A DNA stretch of 64,000 bases. It comes from Patescibacteria group bacterium (GTDB lineage Bacteria > Patescibacteriota > Saccharimonadia > CAILAD01 > BJGX01). The translations under genes and the position numbers were made by a program. The stretch's first letter is position 1; each line of letters begins with the position of its first letter. Where the stretch lies: positions 10,654 through 74,653 of the forward strand of contig JAPLVO010000012.1 of assembly GCA_026397045.1 (NCBI GenBank), in the 5' to 3' direction. Below are positions 50,801-58,084 of the stretch, piece by piece. Below the pieces are notes generated by a model, which worked only from the letters and a program-made list of their open reading frames with translations, did not search any database and was not told the origin of the DNA.

Positions 50801-53029
50801 GGGTTATCGCCAGAAAGTATCGCGCTACTAGATGCTAAGGGAATAGGGGTCGAGCAAACAGTCGTGATGCATGATTTTGTATCTACCAGAGAGGTGTCTT
50901 ACGATGAGTTTGTTAGGCTTAAACCCGAAAGGTTCCAGCAAATTTCAAGAGAAGTATGGAAAAATAACGACACAACTAGATTTGATCTTAATGAGCTTAG
51001 GGGGGATTTCAAACTTTCCGAAAATGGCGATATAGTTGTAGCCACCAACCGGCTCACCGACACGGGCTCGTTTGGCCAGGGCGAAAGCGTGGCGGCACAT
51101 TCCGAGCAGCTAGCGGGGCGGCTTAAAATATTAATGACACCAGATAAGGGCAACCAGAGCTCGGCAGTTGTCCTAGATGTCTCCCCCGATGGTACAACCG
51201 TAATACCTAAGGGTTCGGATCTTTATAACTTATTTAAGGTAGATCCAACTGCCACTGGTATTGGTCAAGTTAAGCTGGATTCGGGGTTTTTAGAAATAGC
51301 AACCCCGGGTGGACCAACCGCCGATGGATCCCAAAGCTTTCAAATACTTGCTACTCAGGTCGGTAATAACCCTCCTGGCACTGTATTAATAACAGAAAAT
51401 ATCAGTACGCCAGTGTACCAAACTACTCTGCTTGTTCCAAAAGAGACCTATATTCCAGGCAGCGACTTCCGAGCGCCTTTTATACCTATCGCAGCGCCAT
51501 TGCCTCGTAGGCCATTAGACGAAGTTATCCCTCGTGGTGTCCATGAACCATATTTGGAGTCTCCATATTTTGGATATCAGTCTGGCGAGTTTAGCCCTGA
51601 AGACGAAGATCGGATACATAGGCGTTTCTCAGAACGGTTACGCAATAATCCCGATGCTGTACTTGATCCTCGAGAGGAGATTGAGGGCTATTTAGCTGGT
51701 ATGGATCCGGAGCGCAGAGAAGCGCTGGAAGATTTAGCCGAGCAGACCGAGGCTATGAGTAATACTTGCGAAATAGCTGTAGCAATCCCGGTTAATGGTG
51801 CTCAGGAAGGTAAGAATATTTACAAAACATTACAATGGTATTCTAAACAACTAGATACAGAAGGTAACCCTCTAGATCCTGGGAAATTTGAGATTGTGTT
51901 GTTTGTAAATAAGCCTACCGACTTAGAGTGGGATGAAACATTAAGCGAAATTGAAAGATTTAAGTCCCAATATCCGAATGTTCCGATCAGGGTGATTCAA
52001 CGAGAGTATCCACCCGAGCAAGCAAGAATAGGTAGAATTAGGAGAGACATGACCGACTTAACACTCTTGCGCCAGAGTAGACGCACGGTCGATCAGGATT
52101 TAGTCGTGGTTAGTAACGATGCTGATTGCAAAGGTTTGGGCGCTTCCTACATAGCAACAATACTAGAACAAACCGAGGTACAGGCCGCCGATGGTCTGTC
52201 GGGGCGCTTAGAATGGGACCCCACTACAAATATAGAGTCCCCGTTGTATCATATGGGCGTTAAGTTCATGCAGATGCTCGATCTTATCGATAGACATCCG
52301 TCGCCAGGCTCGGGGAGGCAGGCTAGGTATCGTTACCCTGGCGCTAACTTCGCATTTAAAGCTTCAATGTATGCTGGCGTTGGTGGATACGATGAGGGTA
52401 GCGTTAAGGCCGAAGATGTCGTGCTTGGGAGGACAATTAAGATGGCCCGCCGTGGCTCTGATAAGTTTACTGGAGTTGGATTTTATGGAGGGGACAATGT
52501 TGTTTATACTGATTCCAGACGAGGTATAACTGTTTTCAACCAGGGATATCCGCCAGCAGCTCAATGGTCGAAGCTCAGCTTTGGACCTAAGGATGCCGCT
52601 CGCGAAGGAGCGGAGATAGAGGATGGTATAAATTACGATCTACTTTTAAGCGAAGAGCCCAGGCTGATTAATAAAACTCGCCAAAAAAGAGCACGAAGGC
52701 TATTTGAAGCTGAGCTATCGAGGTTTATAGAACAAACACTTGAGGAGTATCGCATTATATCCGACAACACCACCTACCATGAAGGCATGCGTATGCCAAC
52801 TGATGTAGAAATAGCTGGTAGGGCGGTGGAGGCCATGCGAATAGATGCGACTATAGAGGTTTCGAACGGTGAAGTAAGAGTTTCAGTTGTTGATGCTTCT
52901 AAGCTATATAGCTACCTCCGCGGTTATCGTAAATCTGGATTGCGCAATTATATGGCCCGAACTGATCTCGGAAGAGTTTTTTCTGGCGGAATCAATGAAG
53001 TCTTCCCCGATCTTGAAGCTGCGGCTTAA
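47822..53029 (+). CDS. 1735-aa modular membrane protein with C-terminal GT-A (GT2-like) glycosyltransferase domain
   Basis: Pro/acidic N-terminus; Gly/Ala hydrophobic segments at about 49880-50023 and 50545-50610; IAVAIPV, VVSNDAD (DxD), PGANFAF, GGYDE...AEDVVLG. Confidence 0.8.
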   Translation: MPNKLSSPSPSYSSPLSPSPYEGLTGKSKVGSTPSLDGITPTALGNPDGSDLAGSTSEKRPGRPRKEPARSSDIKRMPEWKNTNKSSTASRSSADEPTPQRSKPEAPAPQPKKQEALAPEPAPAPSQPEAPAQAEQSASPQLQALTEPSPRADETIDDYYQRLFGLSFEEAQDRKGDTNLLSPQQKGALTRERNRLDKHLRSLDSQDSDLPAAETKRLQDLNFVLENAQPFEPGNNDDPNLRWRLPSLASDKMTVPDATSETNAPTPTILDPLTVADALESPYTSLIESLSLELDSSETVVIAGQSYNKGDTVFYTSGAGNEGEYFVLTNTIADPPGLVLQNVETELVFAISGDTDPAMLRPGSIASPAVAPTGEPALNFRPYDETDPVLGGGMDSETYRFDDIKDPAKPPTEGPIDNPPQEPVEEPEPPSPSPDQGPIILYSLDTTETDKALSLLKADEQVDKELQEIRKELFEPKNPSDSRFARLVQTAAKGVRSTFRHPIKAFKYIARSTVTREATRQRYAKGHLEASEGVDFHDALAGDVAKRLDLGEDFLQNGERLLGEDNSEVRAVKDALNVVFQQGIEGTTDRDSTLNDARRILAEAPWLKGGSDQEVHMLKNLEEMYDRITIAVEHESGLAAIDAAYQLKGGEVTLGVNSEAHKTATDRIMEKLTNSRFKALIVNEATIAIAVGVVVNTAGYLARSKGSRYVAGALVGGPVGIALVAGSAGLFAAARERTTLRQERALRMYQIASGQSEVANDSDTAPRSTEVDASLYEMVSARDVLDDFSRLTPDDPATLSSSEAREILASLVALRTNQSIGDESSIDLIKYSSEDMIESEKSLLMVARAEAEILLRNYYSNHPDELPNIAGRNFDEKIAALTELSKADLSSNEITDRDKVFGKLTRKRAFMRGLATAGFAGAGSYISAQMSEHFSHQIDGKTVTAGNLANDPTTYSFKGDTINMPKGYTIQGTSILDGNGKHIVDGLVPKADGGLSPESIALLDAKGIGVEQTVVMHDFVSTREVSYDEFVRLKPERFQQISREVWKNNDTTRFDLNELRGDFKLSENGDIVVATNRLTDTGSFGQGESVAAHSEQLAGRLKILMTPDKGNQSSAVVLDVSPDGTTVIPKGSDLYNLFKVDPTATGIGQVKLDSGFLEIATPGGPTADGSQSFQILATQVGNNPPGTVLITENISTPVYQTTLLVPKETYIPGSDFRAPFIPIAAPLPRRPLDEVIPRGVHEPYLESPYFGYQSGEFSPEDEDRIHRRFSERLRNNPDAVLDPREEIEGYLAGMDPERREALEDLAEQTEAMSNTCEIAVAIPVNGAQEGKNIYKTLQWYSKQLDTEGNPLDPGKFEIVLFVNKPTDLEWDETLSEIERFKSQYPNVPIRVIQREYPPEQARIGRIRRDMTDLTLLRQSRRTVDQDLVVVSNDADCKGLGASYIATILEQTEVQAADGLSGRLEWDPTTNIESPLYHMGVKFMQMLDLIDRHPSPGSGRQARYRYPGANFAFKASMYAGVGGYDEGSVKAEDVVLGRTIKMARRGSDKFTGVGFYGGDNVVYTDSRRGITVFNQGYPPAAQWSKLSFGPKDAAREGAEIEDGINYDLLLSEEPRLINKTRQKRARRLFEAELSRFIEQTLEEYRIISDNTTYHEGMRMPTDVEIAGRAVEAMRIDATIEVSNGEVRVSVVDASKLYSYLRGYRKSGLRNYMARTDLGRVFSGGINEVFPDLEAAA

Positions 53030-53138
53030 ACACAAGCTTTATCCTAACAAAACTATTGACAAAATGCTTATTTTATAGTATCTTTGCAAATGATTCCCGT
53101 AAATCGCGGGAGTAGTAGTTTTTTAGAAAGGAGGGCCA

Positions 53139-53729
53139 GTGATGGCCCGTACGTCAAAAGAAGTCGATGCTCTCCTAGGAGAGCTAGAAGACGCGGCAGC
53201 GCGTCATCATAGTGCACTGCTTGCGCAGTGCGCCGTGGACGACGAGGTTGAAAGGAGGTTCGACCGAGTTTTGAGTCTCTACGAGAGGCTCACCGCTAGG
53301 ATCGGGGGGCTGGCCGACCAGCACGATGCCACCGTACAGCGTGTTAACCGGCTTGAAAAAAGGGTTGACACGCTCAGCAACCCTCTTTTTACGCTGCTGA
53401 TTGGGGTGGCGGCTGTGGCTGGCTGGCTTTTCCTCAGCCTGTGGATCAAGTCCACAGTTGGCAACAACGCCCGGGTGTGGATGGACGGCCAAGAAATTCT
53501 TTGGCGGGACCACCCGCAGTTTGATGCATTAACGGGCAATATCATCGGTGGAGGCGTAGCCTTCATAGTTGGTATGACCGTAGTTTGCTTGATCATCGAT
53601 TTGATGAGTAACAGCAATCCGCAACCAAAACGCCAAAACCCGCCTGCCGTGGCGGTGGAGGAAGAACAGGTTCAACAGCCTGTCCGGGCCTTGCCCAGTC
53701 CGGCCAACGCCGGCCAGCTTAACCCGTGA
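53139..53729 (+). CDS. Hypothetical coiled-coil, two-TM protein (GC-rich)
   Basis: TTGACA-17-TATCTT promoter, AGAAAGGAGG SD, two hydrophobic segments. Confidence 0.78.
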   Translation: MMARTSKEVDALLGELEDAAARHHSALLAQCAVDDEVERRFDRVLSLYERLTARIGGLADQHDATVQRVNRLEKRVDTLSNPLFTLLIGVAAVAGWLFLSLWIKSTVGNNARVWMDGQEILWRDHPQFDALTGNIIGGGVAFIVGMTVVCLIIDLMSNSNPQPKRQNPPAVAVEEEQVQQPVRALPSPANAGQLNP

Positions 53730-53736
53730 ACGGCAC

Positions 53737-53781
53737 TGGTGCGTGCAGGGGGATTTATCCCTCCGCACGCACCACAACTTT
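53737..53781 (+). terminator. Long GC hairpin (terminator or processing site)
   Basis: TGGTGCGTGC...GCACGCACCA followed by caacttttt. Confidence 0.65.
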
Positions 53782-53888
53782 TTGAACCAACTGCATTGTT
53801 ATCAGGTCTATAGGACAACCTGGTGGCAAGTAGGTGTTTCTAAAACACATTTTCCAATGTCCCCTTGCTCTCGAAAGGAGCTAGTACC

Positions 53889-54893
53889 ATGACATCAAAG
53901 AAGAGAACCCTGTTTGGGGTTATGGGTGGTTTTATCTTCGTTTTGTTTTTCCTGTTGTTCCTTTTAGGGGGCAATGGGCAGGCAACGCCTACAACAACCA
54001 CCACCACAACGGTATTGCCGGGGGAGTGCACCAGCCAGGTGCATTACTTCCGGCACGACTTGCCAGCCGAAGTGAACCATTTCGGCCCGGCTGCGCCGGA
54101 CGGTGATGTCCAGCAGGTCCTTGCGGACCTACACAACCGGATCTGCGTCGATCCGGCGCTGACGATGGCACTCCGTCAGTACTCTGATCGCCAGTATACC
54201 TCTCCGGAGGAACGACTGGCGATCACTGAAGGGCTCGTAGCCAACCGAGAGGCTTGGGCATTAAATGTCCTTGCTATCGAGGGCCGCCAGGCCACGGCCG
54301 TGAAGGTGGAGATTGTGAAGATGAGCGAGCCTTACCGCACGCTCTACATGGTCAACACCCCTATCCCCGGTATCTACCAAGATGCCGTGGACCGGCCGGA
54401 GTATCGTGTGCTTAGATTCACCTACGCCGATGGTTATGTCGATAACTACAAGCTCGATTGCGGGTATCAACCCGTCGAGCCTGTTTTTGCCGGCATTCCA
54501 GGCCCGCCGCCGACAACGGCGCCAGGAAAAGGTGGAAAGGTCACGCCAAGTGGCCCAAACCCACCACCGCCTGGCCCGCCACCGACAACGGCACCGCCGA
54601 CCACGGCACCACCGACCACTTGCCCGCCCACGGTGTGCAAAGGGCCGGATACCGCCCCCGCAGCCTGCATCGACAATGTCGGTGTAAGCTGTACTGGGAT
54701 TCCGGGGTCAGGTGGCTCCCCCGGCAACGGTGGAGCAATCAACCACGGAAATGATGGCTATTCGCCATCAGATCCGCCGCCGCCCACCTGGGTGGCACCG
54801 GCGCCGGTGCCAACTTCGGTGGTGGCTCTGCCATCGACAACGGCACCGCCACCACCGACCCAGAACCTCAGTCCGGGAGATATCCCGGGCTGA
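53889..54893 (+). CDS. Membrane-anchored Pro/Thr-rich, Cys-containing surface protein (GC-rich)
   Basis: KKR plus TM, poly-Thr linker, PPTTA repeats, 7 Cys; GAAAGGAG SD before ATG 53889. Confidence 0.8.
   Translation: MTSKKRTLFGVMGGFIFVLFFLLFLLGGNGQATPTTTTTTTVLPGECTSQVHYFRHDLPAEVNHFGPAAPDGDVQQVLADLHNRICVDPALTMALRQYSDRQYTSPEERLAITEGLVANREAWALNVLAIEGRQATAVKVEIVKMSEPYRTLYMVNTPIPGIYQDAVDRPEYRVLRFTYADGYVDNYKLDCGYQPVEPVFAGIPGPPPTTAPGKGGKVTPSGPNPPPPGPPPTTAPPTTAPPTTCPPTVCKGPDTAPAACIDNVGVSCTGIPGSGGSPGNGGAINHGNDGYSPSDPPPPTWVAPAPVPTSVVALPSTTAPPPPTQNLSPGDIPG
54582..54620 (+). repeat. 15-bp coding tandem repeat (PTTAP)
   Basis: ccgacaacggcaccg ccgaccacggcacca ccgaccact; related copies near 54510 and 54834. 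Confidence 0.8.
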
Positions 54894-54990
54894 GAACCCG
54901 GTGGCTGAGGGGTAAAACCCTCAGCCACCAACCCAAATTTCAAACTTGAACTCAGCTTGAGGGCTATCTGAGTTCAGGGTTGAATCCCTG
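54867..54990. repeat. Cluster of three CTCAG/CTGAG-containing inverted repeats
   Basis: Hairpins at 54867-54894, 54900-54929 and 54945-54978. Confidence 0.75.
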
Positions 54991-55163
54991 CTAAAAAGCT
55001 AATGGTATAAATAGTATTGACATATCTAACAAAAAGTGGTATTATTCATTACCGTACATAGCCTTTGATCATTGAAAGCCAAATATCGCTAGAACTATCA
55101 TTCCTGACAGAACCGTCCCTATAAATATTATTTAATTAATCTTGTTTTAAAAGGAGTAAACTT

Positions 55164-56888
55164 ATGAAACTTAAAGCATTTGCAAAATTGGCAATACTTT
55201 CCGCAGCTATAGTGGCTGCTGTAATTGCGCCAATAACCGCAATAGCTGGATATGAGCCTGCCAACAGGCCCACTAAGACCTACGCTGGTCCTAGTACTCC
55301 AGCTTTTGACTACCCAGTATTTAATTCTTGGGTTAACACACCAAATTATGGTGATGAGCGAGCATTTTTTGACGCTGGCAATCAGACAAGCGGACCTTAT
55401 AAAGATCAGCTTGCTGTAGCTCCGGGCCAAGAAATCACCTTGCGTATGTATATTCACAACGGTGCGGCCCCAGGGCTTAATGGCACCAATTTAAATGGTC
55501 CAGGTGTTGCTAAGAACGCCCGTGTGCAAGTGTTCTTGCCTACTGCGACCTCGACTCAGCTTAGAAGCTTTGGCTATATCGTCGCCGATAATACCAACCC
55601 AGGCTGGGTAGCTGATTCAGTTGATTTCAACTCAGCTGTCCCCGTAAACATGGAATTTGTTAAGGGCTCAGCTCGATTAGCAAATGGCGCCAACCCTAAC
55701 GGTGTTGTGCTTCCAGATAGCATCGTGAATACCAACAACCAATTTAATGCCAACAGCCCTTCGGCTCCAATTGGCTATCAGACCATGAACGGTCTATTCC
55801 CAGGATGTTTCGAATTTGATGCCTTCGTAACCTTGAAGGTTAAGATCAACGGCCCTAGTCTTGCAGTTCAGAAAAAGGTAACCACTCCTGGCTCAACAAA
55901 CTGGCAAGAAAACCTTGATGTTAATTTCAACGATTCGAGTTCTACCCCTACCACTAGTTGGTTGGTGGAGTACAAGAATACCGGAACAACCATGATCACT
56001 AATGGTGTGGTACGAGACACCTTGCCTGCTAATTTGAAATTAGTTCCAGGCTCAGTGATGAACTTCGATGGTAACCACCCGCAAGGTATTGCAGTCGCCG
56101 ATAATGGCCTGTTTGCAGGCGGTGTGGGCGTGGGTAATATCGCTGCAGGCTCTAACGGCTTCTTCCGATTTAGAACAACCGTAGCAACCCCTTTTACCCC
56201 GAAAGAATGTGGAACCAAGAAGATAGTAAACACTGCACAGGCCGAAGCATCGGGTGTGGCAGTTATAAATGACACTGCTAGCGTAACAGCCACTAAAGAT
56301 ACTAACTGCGAAGTGCCTTCGGGCTTAATTTGTAAGAATCTTGATGTGACACTTTCGCCAGCAGATGCGATACTACCAAATAAGCCTACTTTTGTAGGCA
56401 CATCCGAGAAATCTGGTGCCGGTGCAATCAGCCCTTCAAAATATGAATATCATATTTCTAAGGTTACTGGCGAAACTGCAGTACCAATGCCTAATAGCCC
56501 AGTAGTGAGTGAATCTACCGAATTGACAAACACTGTCAAGGAAGCATATACATTCACTGAGGCTGGCGACTATAGGGTAGAGCTGAAGGTATTTGACAAG
56601 GAAGGTAAGCAGATCCAATCTGCCCCAGCTTGTAGCAAGAACTTTACATTAAGTGATGTTCCAGTACCTCCAGTACCTCCAGTACCTCCAGAACCACCAG
56701 TTCCTCCAGTTCCTCCAGTACCTTCAGTGAATCCGACTACTCCTGCTGTGGCTACTTTGCCAGAGACAGGTGTCGAGGCCGGTCTTGTAGGTGTGATAGG
56801 TTCTAGCGCGATGGCTATCGGTGCTCTAAAGTATCGAAAAAGCAGGAAGGATGTCATTGACGCCCTTTCCAAGGCTAGTAAACGCTAA
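55164..56888 (+). CDS. Secreted Ig-like (DUF11-type) surface protein with LPxTG sorting signal
   Basis: Signal peptide, VEYKNTG...VRDTLP, PPV linker, LPETG plus hydrophobic segment plus KYRKSRK; TTGACA-17-TATTAT promoter at 55017-55045. Confidence 0.88.
   Translation: MKLKAFAKLAILSAAIVAAVIAPITAIAGYEPANRPTKTYAGPSTPAFDYPVFNSWVNTPNYGDERAFFDAGNQTSGPYKDQLAVAPGQEITLRMYIHNGAAPGLNGTNLNGPGVAKNARVQVFLPTATSTQLRSFGYIVADNTNPGWVADSVDFNSAVPVNMEFVKGSARLANGANPNGVVLPDSIVNTNNQFNANSPSAPIGYQTMNGLFPGCFEFDAFVTLKVKINGPSLAVQKKVTTPGSTNWQENLDVNFNDSSSTPTTSWLVEYKNTGTTMITNGVVRDTLPANLKLVPGSVMNFDGNHPQGIAVADNGLFAGGVGVGNIAAGSNGFFRFRTTVATPFTPKECGTKKIVNTAQAEASGVAVINDTASVTATKDTNCEVPSGLICKNLDVTLSPADAILPNKPTFVGTSEKSGAGAISPSKYEYHISKVTGETAVPMPNSPVVSESTELTNTVKEAYTFTEAGDYRVELKVFDKEGKQIQSAPACSKNFTLSDVPVPPVPPVPPEPPVPPVPPVPSVNPTTPAVATLPETGVEAGLVGVIGSSAMAIGALKYRKSRKDVIDALSKASKR
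56661..56723 (+). repeat. Seven 9-bp coding tandem repeats (PVP)
   Basis: ccagtacct x3, ccagaacca, ccagttcct x2, ccagtacct. Confidence 0.9.
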
Positions 56889-56895
56889 AAACTAA

Positions 56896-56933
56896 ATAAT
56901 AAAAAAGACCTCTCAGGAGGTCTTTTTTATTAT
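56896..56933. terminator. Bidirectional intrinsic terminator
   Basis: ATAATAAAAAAGACCTC-TCAG-GAGGTCTTTTTTATTAT. Confidence 0.9.
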
Positions 56934-56959
56934 CTGGCAATAAAGGCTATAATAGAATA

Positions 56960-58045
56960 ATGAAACAAATCTACGAACAATTATTAGAGCTGCAAAGCAA
57001 AATCGATGAAGCAATTAGCAAGCTTGGCTTGGATCAAGATAGGCTTAAGCTAGCTGAATTAGAAAAAGATATGTCTGATCCGAATCTGTGGAATGATCAA
57101 TCTAGGGCCGAAACTATAACCAAACAATCGGCTGGGCTAAAGCAGTATTTGGCTAGCTGGGATGATATCAGTAGTGATATCAAAACCACCATTGAATTGC
57201 TGGAGGTCTCAGACGATAGCGAGCAGGCCGAATACCAGGCCATAGCAGACGATATATCAAGACGAGCCGAAAAGCTACTTATCACAGTAAAGCTAAGCGG
57301 AAAGCACGATAAGTATCCTGCCATCATGCAGCTCTCGGCTGGGGTTGGAGGAACAGATGCCGCCGACTGGACAGCGATGCTAGAGCGAATGTACTTGAGA
57401 TTCGCTGAAGTATCTGGGCTGAGTGCCGAATTACTAGACGAAAGCGTGGGGGATGAGGCTGGCATAAAAAGCGCTACTATTCGCTTTAGTGGGCCGTTTG
57501 CTTATGGTAAGTTGCGATCCGAGAAGGGCGTTCACCGGCTAGTTAGGCTAAGTCCGTTTAATTCGGGCAACTTGCGTCAGACTTCCTTTGCTTTGGTTGA
57601 TGTAATACCCGAGCTTGCCGAATCAGAAGTTAAAATCGCAGATAAAGACCTCAAGATTGATACCTACCGTAGTAGCGGGAATGGCGGCCAGAGTGTTAAC
57701 ACCACCGATAGTGCGGTGCGCATAACGCACATTCCCACAGGCACTGTGGTGGCGATTCAAAACGAGCGTTCGCAATTAAAAAACAAACAGCGGGCCATGA
57801 GTATTTTGGCTAGTCGTCTGGCCGAGCTAGCCCGCGTACAACGGCTTGATGACATTAGCCTGCTGAAGGGCTCAAACAAGTCGGCCGATTGGGGTAGCCA
57901 GATCCGATCCTATGTATTGCACCCTTATCAGAAGGTCAAAGACCATCGCAGCGGCTACGAGACCAGCGATACCCAATCGGTGCTGGACGGTAATATTGAG
58001 GCATTGATAGAAGCATATTTGGTTAGCCAGGTAGGTAAGGATTAG
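56960..58045 (+). CDS. prfB: Peptide chain release factor 2 (no programmed frameshift)
   Basis: GVHRLVRLSPF (SPF), GGQ, WGSQIRSYVLHPY; continuous ORF. Confidence 0.97.
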   Translation: MKQIYEQLLELQSKIDEAISKLGLDQDRLKLAELEKDMSDPNLWNDQSRAETITKQSAGLKQYLASWDDISSDIKTTIELLEVSDDSEQAEYQAIADDISRRAEKLLITVKLSGKHDKYPAIMQLSAGVGGTDAADWTAMLERMYLRFAEVSGLSAELLDESVGDEAGIKSATIRFSGPFAYGKLRSEKGVHRLVRLSPFNSGNLRQTSFALVDVIPELAESEVKIADKDLKIDTYRSSGNGGQSVNTTDSAVRITHIPTGTVVAIQNERSQLKNKQRAMSILASRLAELARVQRLDDISLLKGSNKSADWGSQIRSYVLHPYQKVKDHRSGYETSDTQSVLDGNIEALIEAYLVSQVGKD

Positions 58046-58084
58046 CTTTATTAATGTTAGTTTTTTTGTTATTATAGATATTAT

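Noticed and set aside
53730-54990. Hairpins as integron attC sites
   Set aside because: No convincing RYYYAAC...GTTRRRY boundaries, the hairpins do not resemble each other as a family, and no integrase is present.
56661-56723. Tandem repeats as a possible CRISPR array
   Set aside because: These are 9-bp in-frame units with no spacers and encode a Pro-rich linker; the same applies to 54582-54620.
56960-57060. Programmed +1 frameshift in prfB
   Set aside because: No CTT-TGA site; the ORF is continuous.
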